Shown here one piece after another: positions 1-13,558 of a stretch of 64,000 bases of DNA (its first letter is position 1; every line of letters starts with the position of its first letter). The position numbers and the translations under genes were made by a program. The notes below the pieces were generated by a model. The model did no database searches. It saw nothing but the letters and a program-made list of their open reading frames with translations, and was not told the origin of the DNA. The stretch is from the human T2T-CHM13v2.0 reference genome, Homo sapiens, in assembly GCF_009914755.1 (NCBI RefSeq), contig NC_060941.1. One strand, written 5' to 3'.

Positions 1-335
1 TGACCCAGAAGATTGTGAAAGAATTGATTCTCTTCTTTGACTCCAATTCCCTCCATGGCCATATTGTTCCACAAGGCAAGAAAGCTGTTGTCCAGAAATA
101 TTCTTGGAGGTCTTTGCAAGATCTCCTTTGGATGTTTGACTCCTCCTGGACCAAGTTTCTTGCAAGCCTCAAGCCCACTGGGAAAGCTGCTGGTAGGCTG
201 GAGCTGAGGGGTTAGATCTGAGGGGCCACACTGCATGGAGGGCTCCATGCACAGGCTCATATCTTAGTCTTCATATTTTCTTCTACTTTATGGTCTTGCC
301 TTATCCTGGATAAGGCTTTTTGATCATGACTTTGT

Positions 336-1070
336 TTATTTTATTTTATTTTTTTAAGTTCCAAGGTGCCTGTGCAGGATGTGAAGGTTTTTTACATAGG
401 TAAACATGTGCCATGGTGGTTTGCTGCACCTATCAACCCACCACCTAGGTATTAAGCCCAGCATCCATTAGCTCTTTTCCCTAATGCTCTTCCTGCCACT
501 GTCCCTCAACATGCCCTAGTGTGTATTGTTCCCCTCCTTGTGTCCATGTGTTCTCATTGTTCAGCTTTCACTTAAAGTGAGAATATGTGGTGTTTTGTTT
601 TCTGTTCCTGTGTTAGTTTGCTGAGGATAATGGCTTCCAGCTTCATCCATGTCCCTGAAAAGGACATGATCTCACTCCTTTTTATGGCTGTATGGTATTC
701 CATGGTGTATATGTACCACATTGTCTTTATCTAGTCTATCATTGATGGGCTTTTGAGTTGATTCCCTGTCTTTGCTATTGTGACTAGTGTTGCAGTGAAC
801 ATACGCGTGTACGTATCTTTATAATAGAATGATTTATATTCCTTTGGGTATATACTCAGAAATGGGATTGCTGCATCAAATGGCATTTCCAGTTCTAAAT
901 CTTTGAGGAATCACCACAGTGTCTTCACTGATCATTAGAGAAATGCAAATCAAAATCACAGTGAGATACCATCTCATGCCAGTCAGAATGGTGATGATTA
1001 AGAAGTCAAGAAACAGCAGATGCTGCTGAGATTGTGGAGAAATAGGAACGCTTTTATACTGTTGGTGGGA
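336..1070 (-). mobile_element. 5'-truncated, 5'-inverted L1 (L1PA8-like)
   Basis: 336-~926 is an antisense L1 3' end (T-rich tail, then AGGTATTAAGCCCAGCAT). ~925-1070 is sense ORF2-end sequence (TCACTGATCATTAGAGAAATGCAAATCAAAA...GTTGGTGGGA). Degenerate 16-bp TSD at 320-335 and 1071-1086. Confidence 0.9.
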
Positions 1071-1844
1071 TCAATCGTGACTTTGTATGGTCAAAATATT
1101 TCCACCTCTACTAATAATCAGATTCTTTAGATTCTGCTGCCTCTACCATAAACATATGCTCAGCCTGGGTCCTGGCTGCACACCTCCATTGCTAGTGACC
1201 ATGCAGGGCTCACCAAGAGTTCATGAGTGCACTCGGGCAGAGCCTGTGAGAGCCTTTGGTTACTATTCTCTTTAGCATCTTTAGCAGAATACAGGTGTCT
1301 CATCATATAAATACACTCACAATATATTAATAGAATTTGAAGATTTAGAGGTGGGCACACAGCTTCTACCTCCACTTCCTTCTTCCCTTCTGCCTTCTCC
1401 TCAGTCAGAATTACTTTTCCATTAACATTTGGGAAGATCATATCTCTTCTCCATCAGTTGTCTAGCTGGGTTGAGCTTATCTTGCATTTGAAGTAATTTA
1501 CTTATGGGCAGCTGCCACATGCTGCTTTAGTTAAATTAAGACTGTCTATCTTACTTGCACAGAAAAAATGTTTTAAACAAATCAAGAGATTAAAATGTGT
1601 TTAAAAGTATTTTATTCTTCAGTGAAAAGCCTTGTTTGGTGGAATTGGCTACAAGCCCCTGAGTAAGTGAAAATAATCGCTCAGACAGGTGTGGGATTTG
1701 CTGTACTTAGTACAAGAAACAAACCTTCCTTCATCATCAGGGAAGAAACCAGCCTTCCTCATCAAGTAACCAACCTCCATCATCATTTGACATTACCCTT
1801 TTACTTCTATTAAAGAATCTTGTAAACCTAAAGCTAGCAGAAAC

Positions 1845-1945
1845 CTTGGCAATCATCTGGGTGAACAGTTTACAGGTGAAGAAGCCAAGCTCCAGAGAGA
1901 GGAAATGACTTTTCCAAGCCCCACAGTGAATTGCAGCTGGGACAT
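1845..1945 (-). mobile_element. MIR fragment
   Basis: TTTACAGGTGAAGAAGCCAAGCTCCAGAGAGAGGAAATGACTT resembles the antisense MIR core. Confidence 0.65.
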
Positions 1946-2209
1946 CAGAAAGATGGCTTCATGAGTCAGTGAATGATAGTAACTTACAGAGAGACCCATG
2001 GACTTGTTAATAGTGGCTACCGGGATTTCTAGCTTAGTGCAATGCTTAACTTTTGTGAAGTCACCTGCTACATGAAAACAAGTTTCATTTCTTTTGCACT
2101 GACTTCCATAAAACATAGAGAGATATTCGTGTTTAAAAGACCTCAGCAGCTTGAGTTGCCAAGTTTGGGAAAGGAAAGGTTCAAATGATAGAGTAAAAGA
2201 CTAGGCATG

Positions 2210-2440
2210 CTTAGTGGTTGCTAGAACTGGAGGTGGGGACTAGGAGTGACTGCAAATTAATGAACATGGGATTTGTTTCTGGGGTGACGGAAATGTGCTA
2301 ATTGATTATGGTGATGATTGCACAACTCTGTAAGTTTACTAAAAATTGTTGAATTGCACACTTGAGTGAATTTTGTAGTATGTAAATTGTATCTCAATAA
2401 AGCCGTCCAAAAAACAAACAAACAAATGAAAACAAAGTAA
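2210..2440 (+). mobile_element. L1M (L1MB/L1MC-type) 3' end
   Basis: GGTGATGATTGCACAACTCTG...GTGAATTTTGTAGTATGTAAATTGTATCTCAATAAAG followed by an A-rich tail. Confidence 0.8.
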
Positions 2441-3397
2441 TGCAAAATAAATACAAGACTAAGAGCCAGGGCTCAGACAACACTTTCAGGACAAGAGCAA
2501 GGTAGAGGATCAATCCTAGGCCTCCAGATTAGTTTGCTTTTAGCCTCTCAAAGGCTGTCTACTTCTGGACAGAGGAGCAACATCTGAAGCAGATGGCTCA
2601 ACTTCCAATCAGTTGCACTCCAGACCCTTGCCTAAGAGCTCAGTTTTGACCTGACAGCTCATCAGCTCCTGTCAAATGCATGTTGAGTTGAGCGACATTA
2701 AGAGGGACAACATATGCATCCTGTTACCATGCACTCTTCTGGGCTGTGGAAATCCCAGAGAGCAGAATGTTTGCACTTCTTTAGCCTAGATACACAAAGA
2801 AATATTTTGCCACTGTCACTATATTATTGTTTCAGTTTTATCAAAGTTCAATGAATGAAATGACCATATAAAGATGATATAGGTATTTCTGGCTATTATA
2901 TTACCCATTATATTACTACTTGATGTCTTTTCCATGTGACCCAATATAGCAAGTACCCTATAGAATTTAGTACCAAGAAAAAATGTTCTGTCCTAAAAAA
3001 CTTGAATGACTTATTTGATAAGCAGTGGGAGCTACTGAACCCAGGTGGCTTATTTTTTTTTTTTTCTTTTTTGTCTTGAACGCCAGGACACTCTGGGCTA
3101 ATGTTAGAGTAGGGGGACAGGCATGTGCTTGTCTCTGATACAACTGTTTTCCATGCTCTCTGCTCAGCTGCATGCCTCTCTGTCACATTCATTCATTCAA
3201 TTATCAAATGTTTCTCAAGGGCATCATATCTCCAGAGTTGGAATGATGAATAAGACCTGGTCTTTGCCCCCATGGAGGAGGCAGATATGGGAATCATTGC
3301 AAATAGAATTGCATGGTAGGGGGCTGCTTTGGATGTTATGGGATTAGAAAAAAGGGACAATAGGAATAGAAAAATGGGGTACAACTTTCCAAAGTAG

Positions 3398-4235
<838 letters not shown>

Positions 4236-4544
4236 CTGTGAGTATAATTGATATAGGTAAAGCTTGATGAGCAATTGGGAATTTTTCAGGGGTAAGAATA
4301 TTCCAGAAGCAGAGCTCACTTATGCATCAGCCCACAGACTTGATATGAGAACATTAAGGTGCTGTGTCTGATGCACATTTTCAGCTCTTTCAAGGCAGTC
4401 TGCGAACATTCCTCTTTCAATGTGGACGGGGCATAAATTATAAATAATGATGGGTGGGCCAAGTCTTATTTGTACAAGACTGAGTTTTCCTCAAGGTTCT
4501 GATTGCTCTTTCTTTTGTTCTGTCAAACGCAGAACACAGAACAC

Positions 4545-4770
4545 AGCACTGTGCAGAGCTGGAATCCCAGCTTGCTCTCTTATTAGCTGTGTGTCCCTGT
4601 ACAAGTTTTTAAGCTTTCTGTGTTTCTGTTTCCTTGATTATAAGATGAGAATAACACCAGTAGCCTCCTCAGAGAGCTGCCATGAGGATTAAATAGATTA
4701 AAATGTGTAAAACATTTAGAACAGTGGCCAGCAGATGGTAAGGGCTATGCAAGCATTTGCTAAATTATGT
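4545..4770 (+). mobile_element. MIR
   Basis: ATTAGCTGTGTGTCCCTG...ATGAGGATTAAAT...AAAACATTTAGAACAGTG. Confidence 0.8.
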
Positions 4771-6942
4771 TCTGAATCCTGCAATGTGAGGAGTACTTAT
4801 TAAGACCATGGAATCCATAAAGATGTGGAAGGTATATTCCTACCCCTAAAGAGTTTACAAGTATAATGAGAGCCTAGAGAATTCTGGAAAATCAAAGGAC
4901 TGTTCAGGAAACTGTATTTGCAGAAGATGTTGAAAATGATGAAAGTTATAATAGACTAATGTTTTGGCCTTTCTCCAGTCTCAAATAGAGAAGGAAGTAG
5001 AGAAAGTGAAACATTGTGGAAAGAATGCCAGATTCTGAGTCTGAAAGACTTGAGTTCAAGGTCAAGGAAAGCTGGCTTCCTAGAGCTACCATTTTCTAGC
5101 CATGTAATTTAGTTATTTAGTTTCTCTGAGTCTTAATTTTTTTCACTTGTATAATGTAGATAATATTATCTACTTTAGCAGGTGGGAGGAAAAGAGATAA
5201 TGATAGCAATAGCTGACATTTATTGGGCATTCGCCAATGTGTTGGGAATTGAACTAAGAGTTCTCTAAGAAAATCATCTTGGAGAAAAGGACAATGTCTC
5301 AGTGCCCAAGGTCCCTCAATAATAACTGGCTGATCTGGGATTTGAACTCAGACACTTTGATTCCAGGGTTTGTTCTAATAACCATTATTTTACACTAAAT
5401 CTCTCAGAACTGTACTAGAGCCAGCAGGCACTCATATAATAACAACCATTGTTATTAACTGTGTAGTATCTTTGATCCATTCGGCTAATGCCTCTTGATC
5501 ACTTTAAGACTCCCTTCAAGTGCTATATTTTCTTCCCATCCCCAGAACCATCCTCCTGATACTCCCATAATGCATCACTCAGGGCAAGTATGGGCCTAAT
5601 TCTCTAAAATTCTCAACTTTATATTTTCTTCAAGTGATAGAGAAAAGAGGAAAAGTTCTATAGGATCCCAGGTACATTAATAAAAATTTAATAAAATAAA
5701 GTTAGTAATGAAACAGTCTGATTAGAGAAATAATTTGAGCTTCAGGCCTTTGCAGATGGGGAAAATTAGATTGGATAAATGATTTACTCTAAATAGATTT
5801 AATGCAAAAACATTAGGACCTGCAAGACAAGCAAGCCCAAGGAATTCTGGGAACCAGGTTGGGATTGGCTTGGCTTGGTAGCAACCCTATAGTCTCTAGC
5901 CAGGTCAACTTAGGTATTGGATCAAACGCCAGGCCAGGACAGGGAGTGTATTGGCTGGCAACCCAGCCAATGAGAAGTGCCTAATGGCTTCCAAATGTCA
6001 GCATGATGATGTCACTTCCAAATCCTTCCTGTTCATGGTGGGGAGGCATTTGGGGCCACCAAGACCACACCAGTTCCAAATCTGTGGCTTCCCTGCCCTT
6101 TAGAAGAAGTGTGCCACATGTACCCGACAGCCTTGGGGAATGACTTCTCATGAGTTTCCTTTCTTGCTCAGATCCTGGGCAGAGTTTGACATGCAGGAGA
6201 TGCTGGTGGGACCTATGCACATTAATCAATTTGGCTGAATTATCTGTAAAAAAGAGAGAAACTAGCTTAATTCAATAACCAACGTTTGTTGCATTTTGTG
6301 GCTTTCCTTTTCTGTTCTGATTTTCACTCCCCAACAAATGTCATGTCCATGTGCTGCAGTGGTGAGAACACCAGGAACAGGAAGACTTGGTTCTGTCTCT
6401 TCCATGCTGGGCTATGGTTGTAGGTGAAGGGTAGTGGGGAGGGCAGGATACTTCAGTACAATGTAGTGAAAAGAGGCCAGACGTGGGTGTGAATATGTAT
6501 CCGGTACTTAGCTATGTGAGCTCAGTTTGTGCATCTTTAAAACACAGGATAAACATTAACTTAAAAATACAAGGCATATGTAAAATGATGCTATAGTAGG
6601 TAACTCAATTTTTAAAAAGTTATTCAGTATTTATTAGATGCTTGACAACACACACAATAACTATCCTCCCTTTTCTCCCCTTTCTCCACTGAGTAATAAC
6701 GCCTTTATCCTCCACTCCCTGGATGAAAATTCATGATAAACAAATGAACAAACAAACAGTAGATTTGGAGAAGAGGTCCAGAAACCACAGAGCACCAATC
6801 TGATCTTTGCAAAACAATCAAGAATACCTTGATGTCTCGGGTAAGGCAGTGGAGTGGAAAAGCTACACAAGTGGGGAACGAGGGGAGCCACAGAGTGAGG
6901 GATGAGAGAGGACAGGGTAAATAAATGCTCAAGCAATGCTCA

Positions 6943-7321
<379 letters not shown>

Positions 7322-8974
7322 TCATCAACTCCAATATTCAAGGCATGAGTTCCCAAAGTGAGGTGAGAGGCATCTGCAGTGGGGCATCAGCACAGAAACT
7401 GGAGTGACCTTCAAAGAGCCAGGTGCTCTATGTAGAGCCCTTCCTTCCCAACTTTGGGAGAGACTAGGGATCAGACTTAACACCTTGTCTGAGAAAACTC
7501 CAAGGGTAGCCCTACAATAACCCTAACACTAATGTTAGGAGTTTGGCCAGAACTGGAGAGAATGATAGAGATGCGTGAAGTTGGCATCAGCCTTGTCTCA
7601 GTCATGGTCACTGTACTCCTATTCTCTTATTCCCTCACCCCTCCACCACCAATTAATTCATCCAGATCAAATAGAATCGTGGTTAGGAGAGGAGCGTTTG
7701 CAGCAGGCAGCAGTATCTTCTGAAGTTCTGGTAAAGGAGAGTCTTGCGGAGGAGGAGGCCGAGGGAGCTGGACCATTTGTCTTATGTGTGGGGGAGGGGT
7801 ATGAATACAGCTAGAATAGAGCCTCAGAAATGAATTTGAGCCTGGCTTTAGGAACAACTGATCCTCCAGGACCCCAGCCCAGTTTGGGCGGCCTCTTGGC
7901 CAAGTTTTGTTCTATTCTAGCACTGTTTGGCTTGATTCAGCCCACCCCCAGTTTCCACTTGTCCAAATCTGCCCAGTTGATCCAGCTCAGGCCAACATAC
8001 ACCAGTACAAACCAGCTCAGGGCAGCTCATTCTGGACCCCTCAGCAGGACCGTGTCTGTTCCATTCAGTTACAGTGGCTTTAGACTTACAGTTCACACCA
8101 TTGAGGATGTATGGAAATTGGCAGATGGTCAGCCTAGGAGCCAGCTTCAAAGATGATGATGTGATATGTTGTAGCCACCTGAGACAGGTAGCAGTGAGGC
8201 TCTAATCGCTGACTCTTCTAAGCCTGGCCACTCTGGATATCTTCTTACCAGATACCATTTCCAGCAACAGTGGGCAAAATGATGAGGGGCCACAGCACCC
8301 AGAAATCACAGCCCCGGAACATGCTGCTCTAAATAAAAAATGTGTGTTTTGTGCTGAATTGGACACCCTCTTATAGTAGACTCTCATCTAGATGAGTAAG
8401 GGGTACTAAGGGTTTAGAAACGTACATGAGAGAAGAACATATCAATTGCAAGAAACCTACCTTTAGCTTATTATTTCTCTCTTTGAATTGGGAAAAAAAT
8501 TAATAATCCAGCTTAGGTCAAAAACATATCCTTCTGCAGATCAGGGCTTGAGAACTACTGCTTCTGGAGGGACTCAAGCCCCCTCGGTAAGCTGCCCTCA
8601 GCCCCATGCCTGTGGCTCGTCTCCAGCCTCCCAGCCCATCCCATCAGATCAGGCTGTAGTCTCAGTGCTTGTCCTTGCCATGAGGCCCTCGTGCCCATTC
8701 CTCTCCCCATCTGCTGCCTCCTTTCTGTTAGTCTTGGACTCTTGTATTCGTCAAGGCCCTTCCCTAAGTTGGTTGCCCTCAAGTCACTCCTCTCTTCATC
8801 CATGACTGTTGTACTGTATCATCTTTGTGAGACAGGCAAAGTTGTCCAGCATAGTACCTTTTCCTCTGTAGCTCTTTGTGGGATGGGGATGGTTTTGTAA
8901 ACTCTGCAAGAGCAGATGTTTGTATCCAGCTGGAGATGTCTAGGATTGAAGTGGATGCCAGTAGACGCTTATTG

Positions 8975-9180
8975 GAACTGTGTCTGGCACATAGAAGACA
9001 GCATAACATATTTGTCAGATGAATGGATGTGTAGTGAGTAAATGAGAGAACAGGAGATTGAATAAATGAATGAAGGATAAGCCAATGAATGCAAAAGAAA
9101 GTGAAAGCATGACTAGGAAATGGTGAAAGAATATGTGAATTATGAGTGAATGAATGAATGGCCATGATGCATGAATGGCC
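8975..9180 (+). repeat. L2 3' tail expanded into a degenerate (TGAA)n tract
   Basis: GTGTCTGGCACATAG...ATATTTGT followed by many TGAA/GAAT units. Confidence 0.65.
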
Positions 9181-9764
9181 ACAGTCAAGTTGATGCTACA
9201 GACCACAATAAACATAGGCTGCTACTCCAGGCTGGCCAACTCTGTCTGAGCTAGTGTGTGTGGTCTTCCTGGCAGCCCTCCTCAGAATCCTCATTAGAAT
9301 AACAATTTTCTACCCTATTGTTTTGAGTTTGGATTATATGGTTGTTACCATTTGTCCTCCAGTGATTAGAAAAACTTTGAGATGGTTAAAAAAAAGAAAA
9401 AGAGCTTCTCCATTTGTGAACCCCCAAATGAATATCATTGCAACTCAGGCCAGATTTCCAGAACTGGACTGTCATTATGTCAATCTGATGTTAATTTAAA
9501 TGGTAATTGGATGAGAGTTTTCTAACAGCCTCCCTTACTGGGCAAGTGAGCCTTCCTGCTGGGCTGATTTTGGAGGAAGAGAAGCTGGCAAGGAAGGGAA
9601 AGGAAGGTATTATGGATTCTTTTAGGCCTGGAGTGCACCCATTCATCTATCTGCTCCAGTGGGGGTACAGATAGCAGTTTGATATTGTAGTTTTATTCCA
9701 ATTCAGTGGTTTAAGAACCAGAGGGGCAATAGGAAGAAAAAAATGAAGTCTTGGCATTTACTGA

Positions 9765-9970
9765 GTCAGGCTTAAGGACCAGCTTTACCATTGACTGACT
9801 GTGTGATTATGAACAAGTGACTGAGCGAGGTATCTTTGGCCAGACCATGATGAGTCTCAGCTTCCTCATTGTGAAATTGGATAATCACGTCCACTTTACA
9901 TTGCAGCATCACTGTGAGAGTCAAATGAGATAAAAGTGACATGGCTTCACCAACTTTAGGGTGTCATAAA
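9765..9970 (+). mobile_element. MIR
   Basis: GACTGTGTGA...GAGTCTCAGCTTCCTCATTGTGAAATTGGATAAT. Confidence 0.7.
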
Positions 9971-10073
9971 TAAAAGAGATCGCAATCTTATGAGTAGCCA
10001 TCCGAAAATATTTGGTTAGGGTTTGAACAAATCTGTGAGTGCTATGGTTTGAGTGAAAGCTCAAGAAAAATGC

Positions 10074-10131
10074 AAACAAAACAAAACAAAACAAAACAAA
10101 ACACAACCAAAAACACAAAAAAAACAAAAAC
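10074..10131 (+). repeat. (AAAAC)n simple repeat
   Basis: Seen directly. Confidence 0.9.
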
Positions 10132-10444
10132 CTTGAAGCTACATCATTTGGGCACTGGCTCCTCCTGCTTATTATTTTTGATTTGTTCAATCTGAGCCTT
10201 CGTTGGGCCAGTTTTCATCGCTCCTTGATCCTATTGCTTTTTCTCAAGCTAAAAAGAAAGGAGAGAAGAGTTTATTGTATGACTGCCCAGCACAACTGTC
10301 TAGCAGCTCAGGCCCTATCATCTTTGTACCAACCCACGTGGTTCTTAGAATGCTGTTGATCACCAGGATGTCATGAATTATGATGGTTCCTGTTCTGCCT
10401 TCATGTGGTTCATGGTAACTGCAGAGGGGTAGAGAGGGGGTGCT

Positions 10445-10640
10445 GACTTACTGTGAGACTTCATGGGTGAGGCACTGGGCTAAGCATTTCACACGTGTGG
10501 CCTCCTGTCCTCCCTATGCAACAGTCCTTGAGGTCCACATTAATCTTCCCTTGCAGAGAGGAAGGCTCAGAGAAGTCAAATAATTTGCCCAAGATCAGAC
10601 AGAGAAGGAGAGGCACAGTCAGAATTAAAATCCTGGTCTT
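10445..10640 (-). mobile_element. MIR
   Basis: GGCACTGGGCTAAGCATTT...GCAGAGAGGAAGGCTCAGAGAAGTCAAATAATTTGCCCAAGATCA. Confidence 0.75.
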
Positions 10641-11479
10641 GCTGAGGCAAAACTATGAAATAGTCATGATGAGGCAAATGTTCTCTGTTTTTTCTGTGGC
10701 CTTTGGGCTGGATATATGCCTATCTTGGGTTGAGTGGATAAACATAGGCATAGAGGAAGGCTGCCTGGATCATCTTTCCTGCTTCTGAGAGTGTGAGAGG
10801 AGCAATGAGAAGTGGGAGAGACGTTGGTGCCCTATGATAGGTCCAAGGCCAGAGAGATAAAAGGAATTGTGAATTTGCATGCAAAGAAGGAGCTCTGTGC
10901 AACTAGCAGTAGGTCAGGAACTGGAGCTGTGAGAGGAGCCGGGGTCTGGTTTAGCTAATGGCTAAACCAGATGAGAAGAGCGTGCAAGGAACCCCCCACC
11001 TGCTGCCCACAGCAAAGCTAAGGTGCTATGGACAAGCCGCTCTGTGCTCTTACTTGTTCCCAATGAGGGGCTACTGTCTCTGTGCCTTAAAGGCACTTGG
11101 CTTCTGAGGACTGAGGCTGATGAGCAGGGTTCTCCAGAGATGGGGGCATAGGGGGTGCCATTGAGGAGCATCACGCTTTCCCCCGAGATGTGTTTCCAAG
11201 GTTCTTGGGGTCAAGTGAAGTGTGACACAGCCCCCAAATCAGGAGCTCTGACTCAGGGATAAGGTCTTAAGTGTTCTCATCCGAGACTTGAAAGCCTCAG
11301 CAGGGAATTAGCAAATTCATTCATTAATGGCCCATTGACATTTCTATTATAAAGACTAATCATTTGTTTTTATTGAGAGCTTTTTCCTTGATTAAAGCCA
11401 TTAGCACCAATGAGTAACCATCAATCAATCAACAAGCTTTCTTAAATGTCCCCAACTTGGTCCGATTGCAGCCTGAATA

Positions 11480-12240
11480 CAGTCAATTTTACCTCCTAAC
11501 TATCTCTCCAAGCTGCCCACTTCTCTCCCTCTCTGTTGCTGCCACTCTGGTCCAAGCCACTGCCGTTTCTCACCAGGACTACGCTGATAGCCTCCTGCCT
11601 GGCTCTCTTGGCCAACAAGGCCTCGCCTAGGCCCTTTTATTTTTCTCCCCAGCATCATATCCTGCCACGCCCATTCTCCCAGTAGCCTTTTGCATCTTCA
11701 TACTGTCTACTCCTTTCTGCAGATTTTCACATGTTCAGCCTTGGCCCATCCTTTTCCCAGCCTTGGCTTCATTAGATCCCACTCACTCTTTAGCTCTCAG
11801 CTCAAATATTCTTTCTCAGAGAAAACTTCTATGACCCCCTGAGACTGGATCAGGCCCACCTGTGCCCTCTCTCTCCCAGCACTCTGCCTTGCTCCTTCTG
11901 GCACTGGCCCGGGTTATTTTAGGGGTTTGTTCATTTGATTCTTAGGTTTCTCCCTGGCATGCAAGCTCTGCAGGGGCAAAGAGCACTCTATTTTATCTTA
12001 TCTTGGTTTTAGGGCCAGGACTTGGGGAAGGCAGGCAAGTTGCCTAAGGAGCATCATTTGAGGAGACCTTCACTCCCAGACATGGGCCCTGAGCTTGCAG
12101 TAGCCCGAGAGTAGGTCCTCCTTAAGTCTTTTTCCCGCAGCAGCCCAGTGGCCTACTCTTGTCCCACCCCTGCGAGGCTCTCCAACTTAAGACCAACACA
12201 AGGAAGGTACACGCCATAGGTACTTGTTGAGTGCATACAT
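11480..12240 (+). mobile_element. L2 fragments (interrupted by a MITE)
   Basis: CTGCCACTCTGGTCCAAGCCAC...TCTCAGCTCAAAT...AAGCTCTGCAGGGGCA, typical of the L2 3' region. Confidence 0.7.
12010..12172. mobile_element. MER96-like palindromic hAT MITE
   Basis: Degenerate TIRs TAGGGCCAGGACT...TGTCCCACCCCTG, with internal inverted TTGAGGAGACC / GGTCCTCCTTAA. Confidence 0.6.
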
Positions 12241-13253
12241 TGGAGGCAGGAAGATTAAGAAAAGGAGCTAGTCAGGAGGCTGCACCCAAAGAGGAGGGGA
12301 GAGTGGAAGAGGTTAGACCATGCAGGGATGGCGAGGAGGCTGGAGGGAGCAGTGCAGAGAGACTCCAGTAGGTAGAAAAGAGAGGATGCAGCGATGGTCT
12401 GGGTGTGGTGGAACGAGGAAGGGGATGTTCTAGGTTGGCAGGTTGGTAATGCCCATTGGCCAGGGGAGAAGGAAGTAGAGGGGAGGAGGACTGGAGCAGT
12501 GGGAGGATGAAGCTGAGCAGGCTATCTATTGGCTAGTTGGCTGGGCAGTTCTTCATTGTTCCTACCACGGCAGCCACCGACTGGGCTTTACCTGGACCTC
12601 TCTGGAGGGGGTCAAGGCCTGCCTTGGGGCTCTCCTCTTTCTCAGTTACCGCTAGGCTCATGTGCCCACTGAGGCCATTGGGAATCTGAGGGCAGGTGCT
12701 CCAGGGTTTTCCAGGACTCTGGGAGAGGGAGCAAATCCTGGTCCTTAACAAGGTCCATCTTCACTGAGAATGCTGAACACGTTTCATTTCTCTTTTAAAT
12801 TTTAATTTGGTTCTGTCACTGAAATCACATTAGGCCCCACTCTGCTCTTCAAAATGACATCTTTTAATGTTCCCCAGATATGCAGATCAAACAGGTTCCA
12901 AAAAGCCTCTTCCTCTCCCCTGACCCCGCTTCTCCATGGCTCCTCTTCCTTCCTCTACTTTCTTCTAATCAGGACATGCAGTTTGGTTTCCCAACCAGGC
13001 TACTGCTAGTTCAGATACCCTCCTCACATGTTGGTGGGACTGACCATCTGACTGTGGTATTCAGATGTGCAGTCCAGGCACTGTCCTCATACTAGTGGAG
13101 GGCAGTCATACCACCCTGTGGGGACATGGATAGAATCTCAGCCTTCCCTTTGGCTGCACTGATTGACTCTGTGACTTTAGGCAAGTCACTTACCCTGTCT
13201 AAGTTTTGGTTAAAACATGACACTTGGACTAGAAGATTTGACAGCTTTCCCCT

Positions 13254-13558
13254 AGAGTCATCGCTTGGAATCTACACAGTATTGGCCCAGGACACCTCAG
13301 GGACATCAAAATCTGTCGATGCTCGAATCTAATATGGAATAACATTGTATTTTCATGTAACCTACACATATCCTCCCATATACTCTAAATTATCTCTAGA
13401 TTGCTTATAATAACTAATACAATGGAAATGCTATGTAAATAGTTGTTATATTTTTTATTTGTATTGTTTTTATTGAGTTGTTATTTTTATTATTTTTGAA
13501 TATTTTAATCTGAGGTTAGTTAATTATGTAGAACCCATGGGCATGTAGAGCCCATTGT
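13254..13558 (+). mobile_element. MER2/MER2B (TcMar-Tigger)
   Basis: TAACCTACACATATCCTCCCATATACTCTAAATTATCTCTAGATTGCTTATAATAACTAATACAATG matches the MER2 body. Confidence 0.85.

Noticed and set aside
7530-8220. Overlapping ORFs suggesting a processed pseudogene or ERV internal region
   Set aside because: The frames I translated gave no recognisable protein, and no poly(A)/TSD was seen. A BLASTX/Dfam search is needed to exclude it fully.
8383-8396. Perfect 14-bp palindrome CTCATCTAGATGAG
   Set aside because: A few such palindromes are expected by chance in 64 kb.
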